Of a stretch of 64,000 nt of DNA, positions 12,820-25,460 are shown in pieces. Position 1 is the stretch's first letter. Each line of letters begins with the position of its first letter. The position numbers and the translations under genes were made by a program. The notes beneath the pieces were generated by a model. It was not told where the DNA came from, ran no database searches, and saw only the letters and a list, made by a program, of their open reading frames with translations. The stretch is from the human T2T-CHM13v2.0 reference genome, Homo sapiens: assembly GCF_009914755.1 (NCBI RefSeq), contig NC_060925.1; one strand, given 5' to 3'.

Positions 12820-15800
12820 GAAGAGGCCAGGACGTCTATCAATATGAAAGAATAAGCTCCTAATAAATTGTCCTTGCATATGACAACTATTAAAAAATCT
12901 ATAGAACAAGCATACAAAGGCCCTAGTAAACGAACTAAAGTAGGCAGATTTTAGAGGAAAATTAAAACTTGGAGGAAGTATCTTGCATGTTATAATTTCC
13001 CTGTTTTTGCTGCTGTGACCTGAGGGCAGCTGTGGTTACCACAACAGCACAAGTTGGCTAAGACTCCACAGAAAACCTGCCAGAACAACAAGCGAATGGA
13101 GCCTGGAACAACCAGAGCCACCAGACACAGGAAAAGGGAGAGGCAACAAAGAGAAACCACAAATTCTGTGAATGAGTGTAAACATCTTTGGCTGACCTCT
13201 GAACCAAGAATCCATGGCGAAGCATAAAAACAATCTGAGCTGACATTTGTGAAGCACTACCAACCTCAATGGTGATGGAGTTTGCTTTATTTTGAGTTTA
13301 AGCAACTTAGCCTCTGCTAAAATGAGAGCACTAACATTATTTGGAAGAATACAGGAGAATCCAAGCCTCCGCAACATAACACAATATCCAAAATACGATG
13401 CAGTATTATTCAATTTATGAATTTCCAGAAAAATGTGACTTATTTGCATGGGAAACAAACAAAATGATAACCAATAGATGGTAGCTACTAGACAGTCTGA
13501 GATGTTAGAATTAGCAGAGAAGGACTTAAAGCTGCTACTAGAACTATGATCAGTAATGTAATGAAAAACATGTTTGTAATAAAAAAAAGAAAATTTCAGC
13601 AGAGTAATATAAAGTATTTTTAGATTAAAAAGCTGAAGTTTATGAAGAAACACATTCACTATATGGGCTTTGAAACAGATTGGGAATGACAGAAGAAAGG
13701 AGTCAGTGAACTTGAACATAGATCAATAGAATTTACCCAATTTGAAAAACAAAGAGAAAAGGTAAGGAAAAGGGAACAGAGTTCAGGAACTTGTGTAACA
13801 CGGTAAAAAGGTCTTACATAATATAATTGAATTCCCAAAAAGAAAACAAATGAGAAAAACTAGCAGAAAATGATTTTAAGAAATAATGACTAGAAACTTT
13901 TTAATTTTGTAGAAGACATACACTTATAAGTTCAAGAAAATTAGCAAAATCTAAACTATATAAACAAAAAGATAACCATGCCTAGCCACATTGTATTCAA
14001 ACTGTTAAAAAACAAAAATAAAGACAAAATCTTGACAGCACCCAAAGAAAGAGTCATATGGCCAAGGACTCTCATCAAAAATCCTGAAAGCCAGAAAACC
14101 CTGGAAAAAATTCTAAAGTTTAGAATGAAGGAAAAAAACTATGAAACCAGAACTTTACATCTAGCAAAAACTCCCTCAAAGAGGAAGGTGAAATAAAGGA
14201 CTTTTTAAAATAAAGAAATGTACTTTCCTTATTCTAAAATAAGGAAATGTACTCCCATTGGAATCATACTACAAGAAAAGTTTAAGAAAACTATATAAAC
14301 TCAAGAAAAATGATACCAGGGAGAAAGAACTTCAGAAATAAAACAAGAGTAACAAATGTTTAATGTTTTAATGACTATAAAAATCCATTTCCTCTTAACT
14401 TCTACAAAATATATAATCTGAATAAAGCACAATTTATAATATTGTTTAGTGTAGTTTCTAATCTATGGATAAATTATTATATCTAACAACAATAACATAA
14501 GAGACAGTAGAAAAGGAATAAATGCAAGTTTATAATTTTAACAAGTGGTATAACAATGATATAAAGCTCACTATGAAGCAGTAAGAATGTGTATTGTAAT
14601 CCCTACAGCACTCACAAAAAAAATTCAAAAGGCACATCTAAAAAGCCAATAGGTATATTACATTCAGTGCTTTACAAAATCAAATAATAAAAAATGTGGG
14701 AAAGGAAAAACAGAGGAACCAAAATTAGAGGAAACAAACAAAACAATTTAGATAGAGCTATATCTAACCATATTAATAATGACATTAAATGCCAATGGAC
14801 TAAACATGTTGAAACACAAAGATGTAGATAGCAAGAAAACAAACAACTCTATTTAAAATTGGGCCAGAGATCAAAACAAACATCTGACCAAAGAACGTAT
14901 ACAGATTAGAAGAATGAAAAGATAGTTAACTCATGTCATTAGAGAGTTGCAAATTAAAACAGTAAGACATCACTAAACACTTTTCATAATAGCTAAAATC
15001 TAAAGTGCTGAAAACACCAAATACTAGAGAGGACACAGATCAACAGGAAGTTGCATTCATTGCTGGGAGGGAATGCAAAATGATACATCAAATTTGGAAT
15101 ACATTTTGACAATTTCTTACAAAACTAAGTATACCCTAACCAAATAATCCAGCAATTGGGCTCCTTAGTATTTACCTAAGTGAACAGAAAATGTAGGTCT
15201 CCACAAAAACATGCATGTATGTGCTTAAAACAACTTAATTTATAATTACAAACACTTGGAGGTAACCAAGATATACTTCAATAGATGAATGGATAAACCG
15301 TGCCACATCCATACAATGGAATATTTGGCAATGCAAAGAAATGCACTATCAATCCAAGAAAAGACATGCAAAACCTCAAATGCATATTGCTAAGTGAATC
15401 TGAAAAGGCTACATACTGCATGATTACAACTATATGTCATTGTAGAAATGCAAAATTATGGAGATAGTACAGAGGTCAGTGGTTGCCAGGTTGGGGAAAA
15501 GAAAGGACAGAAGGATGTATAGGTAGAGCAGATAATATTTTTAAGACCCTAAAACTATTCCTTATGATATTGTAATGGTGAATGCATGTCATATTACATT
15601 TATCAAAACCCACAGAATATACAATATAAAGAGTGAACCCTAATGTAAACTATGGGTTTTAGTTAAATAATTTATCAATATTGGTTCATCAGTTTCAACA
15701 AATGTATCACAATAATGGAAGATGTTAAAAATAGGAAAATGGGGTGTAGGGGGAGAGGAGTGTAGGGGGTGAGATATGGACATTCTCTATATTTTTTGTT

Positions 15801-15870
15801 CCATTCTCTCTGTAAACCTAAAATGGCTTAACAATAACAACAAAAAGTCTAGTTTATTTTTTTAAAAAGT
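12820..15870 (+). mobile_element. Old L1 (L1MC/MD-like): degenerate 5'/ORF1 region plus 3' end
   Basis: A-rich ORF1-like remnants (agtcagtgaacttgaacatagatcaatagaa) and 3' UTR (caaaacccacagaatatacaa...gagtgaaccctaatgtaaactatgg). Confidence 0.8.
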
Positions 15871-16039
15871 AAGTGAGAAAAGCATGATCTGTAGAGTCAC
15901 AAACCTTGGGCTCTAATCTTCACTTCAGAGGTTACAAAAATGCATGAGTAAAGGGAAGTTACTACGGATCTGATTCTTCTTACAGAAGTTTTGGTTATTG
16001 TATAATGGATGTGTGCAACTTACTTTTCTTATTTATCTT

Positions 16040-16950
16040 AACCCTTGGCAACAGTTGACTTGTAGACCACTGGCTCCCTAAAACATCCTCGTTTGGCTTA
16101 TCTGACACCATGCACTTGGTTACCCTTTGACATTCTTATCCCAAACTGAACTCATCTTGCTACTGGTAGTCCTCCCTTTTCCCAAAAGAAAATACTAATA
16201 GATACTAAATCTTCAGCTTCTCTGTCTCACTTACCTTGCATTTAGTGAGTTCTCAAATCTTGTTGATTATGCCTCTAAAGACTGCTCTAATAGCTTCCAC
16301 TTTTCTCCAGCACCAGTGCCACAGCCTAATCTAAAAACTTGTCACTTCTGGCTTGGAGTAAGGGCAACAGCTCCCCAGTCAGCCTATCTCAAGCTTTATA
16401 ACATTTTTTTCACTAATTCTGTAATCTTATCAGATGCAGTTTTTTCCAACTAAAATTCTTATTGTTGTACGTGGCTACTTAAAATCCTACAGTGGTTTCG
16501 TTTCTTTTGGCATCAAATTCAAACTTCTTAACAAGGCTTACGACAACCTTTATTAAACGTTTCCCAAACTATTTCCTCAGTCTTTGCATTCTTCTCTCTA
16601 GCGATAATGCACATTCTCCACTCATAACCAGCATTTCCCACCTAGGACCATTTGCCAAGAACATTCTTTATGGGCTCAGCCCTATTCATGCCTCTCATCC
16701 CTGCTAAAAAGTCACTTATCTAGGAAGCCTTTTCTTCTGACTACTGGTAAATTAGGATAGATGATGCTACTTGATCCCATTGTATTCTGTGAACAATTAA
16801 CCCCATCTAATTTTTAGCATTTTTAAAAGTTGGTCCTCCCTAAACTATAAGCTTGATGAAGGCAAGGGCCATGTCTACATTTTGCTCACCCTAGCTTATC
16901 CCCAGAACCTAGCATTCATTTGCATATCACAGGTGAATAAGAAAAACAAT
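16040..16950 (+). mobile_element. L2 fragment
   Basis: ccaaactgaactcatc; ggcatcaaattcaaacttct; tataagcttgatgaaggcaagggccatgtc...cccagaacctagca. Confidence 0.75.
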
Positions 16951-19900
16951 ATTTACTTCATATTGATAGTGTGAACATTAAATGTGATAATATAAAGAGA
17001 ATTAGGCATATAGAAAGCATTTAGCAAATATTTCAATTCAATGGATGAATACAGGAGATAAAGTACCTATTCTGAAATCTTCCTTGTTTTATTCATATTT
17101 TATGCCCTCACAAAACAGAACAAACATCAGTAATTTTGAGTGGGTCATTAAGTGAGGAAAAAGGAAAAGAGCTGTATAACATGGCATAAATATCATATGA
17201 GAAATAGAAAAGAAAAATTTTCCTAATACAGATAATTAAACTAACAAAGAAACAAGATTTCACTTCATTTTTTTTTTTCTAAAAGCAGAAGATTGATTGA
17301 TTTTTTAAAACTTTTCTTGGGGACAAATTCATCCTTAAGTAAAGTGCTCCATATTTCGAATCATAGAGTAAAATGTTTATTGTGATAACCTTAGAATAAA
17401 AATGCTGTAATAATAAAGGTAGGTAACTTGGGACACTACCACATCATCTGAGTGTCTGTTGCTACTGTGAAACAGAACATTTTACCCAAAGTCAGTTTGC
17501 CTAAAAATTAAATTAGTGAAGAATGAATGTCTCCATAAAATTCAACTTAATAAACTGTACTATCTAAAAGGTATTTGTTGTTCTAAGGACTTACAATAAA
17601 TCACTTTACCTATGGCAGGAATTATTTTACTGAAATCCAAATAACCCATTAAAGAACTCAGACATTTTAGATGAAATTTTATAAATGAATTATTTACCTC
17701 TCCATAAATTTATAATTTTTATTAGACTCTCAAACAGAGTCTGTCATCTACACGTGATAAAACATTGGTTTGATCAAAGGCATCACTTTCCTTTCGATTT
17801 TTAATTTATAAAATACATCTGCAGCACTTGAAAATTGATCTATTTACCCTGCATACTTTGAGTATATCTTGCTAACTTATTCATTGGACACTTTATTTTT
17901 TAAGATTACTAGTATATAAAGTGAAACTGAATTGTAAAACTTAAAATAATACATGTAGATAGATTTGCCCAAAATTTATAAGCGATTGAGCAAACTAATC
18001 ACAAACACTTATAAAATAAATAAAGAGTAAAAGAAGTCTTATGGCAATCTGGAGAACAAACCTGTCTTGAAAACATTCGAATGTATTGTTGTATAAACAA
18101 TTCTTGCCAAATGTGATCCTTGCCCAGAGAACAATTTCTTCACAGATGGCCCTAGGAAGGCCTCACAGTAGATTGGACTCAAAAGCACCTTGAGGTCAGG
18201 GTCTATTTTGTTCATAATTAGAACATCCAGGTCTAATATGTAGACTGTTAAAAAGTATAAGGTTAGATTACATACACATATATCTGATAATATCAAAAAC
18301 TGGAGGTAATTCTGATACAGAAGATTCATAGTATTTATCATCTATAACTAATTGACCTAACTTCATGACTGAATTAAGAAAATGATACATTTCATTGTGA
18401 TTAATTGTAATTGATGTCTTTAGAGAAGTATGCTTCAAATTTGATATATACTTATTTTAAATACAAAAATAATTCAAAAGTGCTCTTAAATAAAAATACC
18501 TTAAAAGAAAATAGCCAAAATCACTAAAAAATTCTCCACCATTAAAATATGTGGCTGCATTTTACGATAGAATAGCTGGCTATCAGAAAGTAGAAAATCA
18601 GGCCAACTAGTTGTAGTCTAATTAAACTATATTACTCACCCAAACCTATAGGCTCAACAGTGGCCTAGTCTTCATGAACAATCTACATCAAAGTCAAAAA
18701 AAAAAAAAAAATTAAAAGAAGACTTGGTCTAGCATTCTGGGCCTCAGCATTCAAACTTGTATGGCTGTAAATATAATTTTGTCCTCCTGCCAAGTTTCAG
18801 CAGAAGGGATTTAACAGTATATCTGGGACTGAAACATTACCTTGGGTTCTAGTTTTAGGAAAAAAAGTCCTTGCTTTTTCAATAATCTCTCAGGGACTGT
18901 AATTCTGCTTTTGATTCCCACTCTCGTGGCTGAAAATTTACCACTCCTTACAGATACTTAATGATAAAAACCTGCTTGCCTGTCGGAATCTGCATATATA
19001 TTATCAAAATCTTACCAGAAATTTTGGGACTGAGCAGCAAGTCAACATAATTGCCAATTCAAAAGCCTACTTTTTGTCTTTCCTTATAGAGCAGCTAAAC
19101 TCATTTTGTACTGTTTCTGAAAGCTGAAACACTGTATCGTTTACTAGTCCTTGGTCTGAGTTGGAGTAATTCATCCAGAACGGTACACTCCATAAATTGT
19201 ATATTTTACTTACTTAAATCCTCTCCCAGGTTTTGAAGGAAACTTCCCTCAACACCAGATCCAATTCCAGATCTTAATCCTCTTGAATTTTCCCTGATCT
19301 AGTTACTCAATTTAACATAGTCACGACCACACTATCCAAAAACCTCTTGAAACTCACTGGTATACAAATGTCAAATGAATAGTAAAGTGATTCGTAAAGA
19401 GGTCAGGTTATCTTGACGGCGTGTAACTGAAGTCCAGGGATGTACATCTGTCAAAAATTTACCAAAAATTATTTCTGAGTGTACTAAAAACTCAGTTATA
19501 TTAGGGATTTCAAGGTATCTTTTCAAGTTTAAAATTCTGTGATTTTTGAGAATGGTAAGAAAAATATTTTTGAAAACAAGTCACTAACCACTGGGTTGAC
19601 TAAAGAGCTAAATAAAATTGCAAAATCTCCCAAAAGAATCTAAGGTACATTTCATTAGGGAATGACATAGTACAGATTATTATGTGCTTGTTTCAGTGCC
19701 TGAAGTGGATCTTCTTAAAACAAAACATACTTGAAAAAAACAGTGAAAAAGCTTCCACAGCAAACATTTTATTTCAGCTCTTTTCTCATGCTGTCTGAAG
19801 GGTACATGAAGGGAAATCACTGAGTGCTCAGTGATTGTTTGCTTTCTTTTCTAAGATACCATATGTTCAAAAATGCATGTAATAATCAAGAATAAATATG

Positions 19901-19959
19901 TCTTTGACATTTAAGAGGAAAGTCAGCAGCATGAGCCGGGAATAAAAACAATTTTTTTT

Positions 19960-20250
19960 TTTTCTGAGAGTTACAACTTTAAAGCCTTGGGAGTCAAATA
20001 CCTAAGATGCCTCAAAGTTTCTCCCCTCAGTGTGAATAAACATTAGACAGGTTTCCTCCTGACTGTAGGCCTCTGACCTCTCTTTACTTAGAACGTTTAT
20101 TTTAGAAAATTTTCCATTATAAATTCTTTCTCTGCTCCTTTGGGATGTGAATCTTCTCTGTGCCACTTGCCAATGTTTCTCGAGGGCCTGGAGCCTCCCT
20201 CTGCCCTGATAATCTTAACTGTTATTTCACTAAGCAAATGGAAACAAGAA
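19960..20250 (+). mobile_element. ERV1-class LTR fragment (MER34/MER39-like)
   Basis: cttagaacgtttattttagaaaatttccattataaattctttctctgctcctttgggatgtgaatctt resembles the MER34/39 LTR motif. Confidence 0.55.
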
Positions 20251-22469
20251 AAATCAACTTCCACAAGCTCTTTTCACTACATGGGGCCACAAACATACCT
20301 TCTATATATACTGTTTTCCCTTTTGTTAAAATGGACGAAAGTTTTACACCCTTATCCAAGAAAAACCTTCCACTCCTGCATAAGATCACATCCTATTATT
20401 TTCTTTCATGATCAATTTTGCCATCTTTGGTAGATATTTATCATATTTACTGGCCAAAATCTTTCCCACTAAAAAAAATAAGAAAAGGAAAAGAAGGAAA
20501 CAAAGCTTGCATTGATCAAACATTACCCATCAGTTACTGCCTGATTTCATTGCACTCATGTACAGAAAACACTTTCAAAGTCCATAATTATTGTCTCCAA
20601 TTCCTCTTTGCTATTAAATTTTAAACCTTTCTAATATAAAGATTTAAAGATATAAATTTCTCTTCAGATGCTGGTAAAGCTGCATTCCATACAATTTAAT
20701 GCGTTGCATTTTCATCATAATTTTTCTTATTTTATCTTTTACCCATGGGTTACTTATGGATGTTTTGTTTTATTTCCAAATATTTGGGTATTTTTCAGCT
20801 GTGGTTTTATTATTGATGCCTCATTTAATTCAATTATAATCAGATAACATATTCTGTAGGTTTTAAATTCTCTGCTATATCTTTTCTGGTCCAGAATATG
20901 ATGTATCTCTGTGAATGTTTCATGTGTACTTGAAAACTGGAATTCCATTTTTTAGTGTAATATTCCATATGTCAATTAGATCAAGCTGGTGATAGTGTGT
21001 TCAAGTTTGTTATTAATCTACTGATCCCCTGCATTTTTATACAGATTGCTAAGACAGAAGTGTTGAAAATTATAAGACTAACTGTAGCTTTTTACTCCTC
21101 CTTTCAGTTATGCCATTTTATACTTCATGTATATTGAGGGTTTTTTTTTATATGAAGCACACACACACATTTAGGAGTTTTTTTTTTTTTTAATGCATTG
21201 ATCCTTTACTCAATACAAAATATTCCTCTTCATCTTTGGTATGAGTTCTTGTCCATGATTCTTTGCTTCATATAGCCACTTCCACTTATATATGATTAGT
21301 ATTTGTGCAGTGTATCATTTTCATCTTCTTATTTTTCTATTTATCCCATCTATTCTTTGTTCCCTTTTATTGCCGCCTTTTGCATTAAATATATTTATTG
21401 TTCCATTTAATCATACAGGTTTTCAAAATCTTTATTAACGGCCACCCTAAGGTTTACAACATACACCAGCATTTATTACACCCATCTTTCAAATAATACA
21501 TAAAGAATCTCACTACAGTATATTTTGTTTTTTTCAGTCATTATGCTAGAATGTCACTCATTTTACTTGTTATAAATCCCACAATAATTGTCATTATTTT
21601 TGTTTTAAACAGTAAATAATATTTTTAAAATTTCAAATTATATATATTTACCAACATATTTATCATTTCTGGCTTTCTGAATTTTTTCATGTGAATCCAG
21701 AGTGTCACAACACATCATTTCTATTTGCTAAAGAACTTTCTTCAACTTTTTTATAATGTAGGTCTATTGGCAGTATAAACCAAATTTCCTTATCTATTCA
21801 TCTGTTAATGGACACTGTTTATTTTGATTTCTTGCCTATTGTGAATAATACTGCAATGAACATAGGAGTACAGACATCTCTTTCGCATGTTGATTTCAAT
21901 GCCTTTGGATGTATAACAGGAAGTGGGATTTCTGAGTCATATGGCAATTCTATTTTAGGTTTTTGAAAAACCGCCATATTGTTTTTCATAGCTGCTTCAC
22001 TATTTTATATATCCACAACCAGTGCACAAGGTTTTGAATTTCTCCACATCACCATCAACTCTTTTTATCTTGATTTTGATAATAACAATCCTAAGAGATA
22101 TAAGGTGATATCTCTGCTGTTTTCGATTTGCATTTCCCTGATAATTAATGATGCTGATCATCTGTTCAAACGTGATACTTGTTGGCCACTTGTATGTCTT
22201 CTTTGGAGATATTTCCATTCAAGTCATTTGCCCATTTTTTAATCAGCTTATTTCCTTTTGTGTGTGTGTGTGTTTGGTTTTGTTTTTTGCTATTAAGCTA
22301 TAGAAATTCCTTATATAGTTTTGAAATTAATCCCTTATTAGACATATGGTTTGCAAATATTTTCTCCCATTCTTCAGGTTGTCTTTTCACTTTGATTTTG
22401 TCCTTTGCTATGCATAAGTTTATTGCTTTTTTTTTTTAGTTTGATATAATACCACTTGTTTGTTTTAAT

Positions 22470-22694
22470 AATGAGAACACATGGACACAGGAAGGGGAAC
22501 ATCACACACTGGGGCCTGTTGTGGGGTGAGGGCAGGTGGGAGGGATAGCATTAGGAGATATACCTAATGTTAAATGACAAGTTAATAGGCACAGCACACA
22601 AACATAGCACACATACACATATGTAACTAACCTGCACGTTGTGCACATGTACCCTAAAACTTAAAGTATAATAAAAATAAATAAATAAATAAAA
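22470..22694 (+). mobile_element. 5'-truncated L1PA 3' end
   Basis: aatgagaacacatggacacaggaaggggaacatcacacactggggcc...gtaccctaaaacttaaagtataat followed by a (TAAA)n tail. Confidence 0.92.
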
Positions 22695-22989
22695 TTATAC
22701 AGATCTCTAGCTCACCCTGCAGCACAAACGAAAAATATCATTTTTATTACCATTAGTAGTAGTCGCTAACTTTCACTGGGTGCTTACTACGCAATAAAAT
22801 CTGTGCTCAGTGCTTAAAAAAAAAAAAAAAACTTGTCTATTTCTTATTTTGTTGCTTGTACCTTGGTGTTATAACCAAGAAATCAATGCCAAGACCAAAG
22901 TCAAGCTTTTCCTCTGTTTCAATTTTACCATTTCAGATCTAAGTTAAAGTCTTTAAGCTGATTTTTGTGTAGGATGTAAGATCCCAATG

Positions 22990-23235
22990 TCTTCTCTTTC
23001 TTTTCTTTCTTTTCCTTCCTTTCCTTCTTTCTTTCTTTTCTCCTTCTCTCCTTTCCTCCCTCTCTTCCTTCCTTTCCCTTACTCCCCTCCTTCTTTCCTT
23101 CCTTCCTCATTGCTCCCTCCCTCCCTCCCTTCCCACCTTCCTCCCTCCCTCCCTCCTCTATTCCCTCCTTCCTTCCTTCCTTCCTTCCTTCCTCCCTTCT
23201 TTCCTACCTCCCTTCCTTCCTTCTTTTTTTCCTTC
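22990..23235. repeat. CT-rich simple repeat ((CCTT)n/(CCCT)n)
   Basis: Direct reading of a polypyrimidine tract. Confidence 0.9.
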
Positions 23236-23845
23236 TGTTGAAGAGACTATCCTTTCCACATTGTGTTTTCTTGACAACCTCGTCAAAGATCAGTTGACTA
23301 TATGTGCATAGGTTTATTTTTAGGCTCTTTATTAGTCTATATGCGTGTATTTATGCTGGTACCATGTGGTTTTAATAACTATAGCTTTGAAATATATTTT
23401 TAAATCACAAAGTTTGATACCTCCTGCTTTCTTCTTTGTTCTTAGGATTGCTTTGGCTATTCTGGATCTTTTGTGGTGCTATAATAATTTCAGGATTGTT
23501 TTTAACTATTCCAGTTAAAAAAAAAAAAAAAAAAAAAAAAACGGCCAGTGAGATTCTGATGGAAATAGTGAACACAGGATGTCTTTCCATTTTCCATTTA
23601 TTTATGTCTCCTTCAATTTCTTGTAACAATGTTTTGTAGTTTTCAGTGTACCAGTCTTTCACCTCCTTGATTAAGTTTAATTCTAAGTATTTTATTCTTT
23701 TTGAGGGCTATGGTAAAAGAGTTATTTTCTGAATTTCCTTTTCAAATGGTTCATTGTTAGTGCATAGGAATGCAAATACTTTTACTAAATTGATTTATTA
23801 GTTCTAACACTTTTTTCTGGAATCTTTATAGTTTTCTACATAAAA

Positions 23846-23975
23846 TAGTTCTCCCTTATCCACAGGGGTGGGGGATATATTCCAAGACCTTCAGTGGATG
23901 CCTGAAATTGTGGATATTACCAATCCCTGTATATGCTATGTTTTTAACTATAGATATGCTCCTATGGAAAATTTT
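23846..23975 (+). mobile_element. MER44 (Tigger7-derived) fragment
   Basis: cccttatccacagggg...ttccaagaccttcagtggatgcctgaaa. Confidence 0.75.
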
Positions 23976-25289
23976 GTTACATGATTTTTCTGAGTATATT
24001 GAGATGGGAATATATTTTTAAGTTCTTTATTCTGCTAATGTGTTTATCACAGTTATTTATTTTAGCATGTTGAACCATTTTTGCATTCCAAGGATAAATT
24101 ATACTTGATAATGATGTACGAGCTCTCTAATATGCTGTTGTGCTGATGTGTTCTATAAATAATGAGCTTAATGATTATCTTAGGTTAATCTTAAACAATT
24201 TTTAATTAGTGATTCAATTTACAATGCCTGCCTTTCCTAACATTTCATATGATCTCTCCCCAGTGTTCTCTTTTTAATAATTTTCACTAACATTGTACAC
24301 ATTTATTTAATGTCAATTCTTACTAGTACGTAAGATGGCACTTAGGACTTAGTGTCACTTCTACTAGTAGATAAGCTCCATGAGAATGGAAATGTTTTAC
24401 TGTTTTGTTAATAACTGTGTGTTCAGCTGGTATGTCCATGTTTGGGGTACAGAATACTCAATAAATATTTTTTGAATGAATACAGGAAAAGAAAGAATCA
24501 TTTTTAAAAATGGAAATAATGTTATACTAGGGTACTTTTCCTTCCTTGTATAAAATACTATGTGCAATTCGGAGTGGGTTGCAACAGATTACATCAGTTA
24601 GCCTCCTAGAAATTTGAAGCTAGATAGACTAAGGCCTGTAAACATATGACAAGACAATAGAATAGTGAGTGGTAAATAGAAGCTCTACAAATAACAGTTA
24701 GCAGCCCCCTACCCCCCAGCACACACAAATGTACAGTATGGTAATCAACACATAAAATATATAGCTGATTTTGGAAATTTTGAGTAAAGCAACACGAAAA
24801 AGGAAAAAGAAAATGTAATCAAATTGATCACTGGGTCTTCAATAAACAATATGTTCATAGTCATGCAATTCTAAAAGTTTATTGGGTTCGACACTTAATC
24901 AATAAATAATGGCAGACATCCTCATTTTGTTTAGAGAACAAAAGGTAAATAGTATCAGTCTTCAAATGCACAAATGTAACTTCAAAAATGAAAATTGGGA
25001 AATGTAAAATTGAGATTGAAAGCCAAAGGAAAAAAGAGGTCAGAAAATGTCATTTTCTTACAGTGCCAGGATATAAAATAGATTAATAATTTAATGGATA
25101 CAAAGTTAATATATTCTTTTAAGGGATAAACTAGGATGGAAAGGAGTAGAACAGAAAGCTGATACCAGAAACCATGTATACATGTCATTATTATTATAAT
25201 ATTTAAACAGTAGTACCACTTTTATTTTCAAATGTGTATGCCATTTGAATAGTAAGCTAAGCTGTTATCAACATGGGGACAAGTTTGTT

Positions 25290-25460
25290 GTAAAGGCAGA
25301 GGTTTGGGATTTGGACTAAACTGGGTAAAATTTAGACTCTGTCACTCTCGGAAATCTGTTGAACATCTCTGAGACTTGGTTTTCTCATCTATGAACAAAT
25401 TGTGGTTAATGACATAAAATGCACAAAATGCTTGATCACATGAAAGTGACTTATTAAATG
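25290..25460 (+). mobile_element. MIR fragment
   Basis: gactctgtcact...aacatctctgagacttggttttctcatctatgaa. Confidence 0.6.

Larger units (their letters stand above)
20620..23845 (-). mobile_element. Old L1 (L1M/L1MA-MB) fragments, interrupted by an L1PA insertion and a CT-rich repeat
   Basis: Antisense L1 3' motifs (gtgaataatactgcaatgaacataggagtacag; ttgcatttccctgataatt; ttgcaaatattttctcccattc). Confidence 0.8.

Noticed and set aside
13036-13719. 227-aa minus-strand ORF, the longest in the track
   Set aside because: Antisense to a degenerate L1 5'/ORF1 region; F/L/S-rich composition typical of the T-rich strand; no recognisable domain.
22925-23241. Low-complexity K/E/R-rich and P/S/F-rich ORFs
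   Set aside because: Translations of the CT-rich simple repeat.
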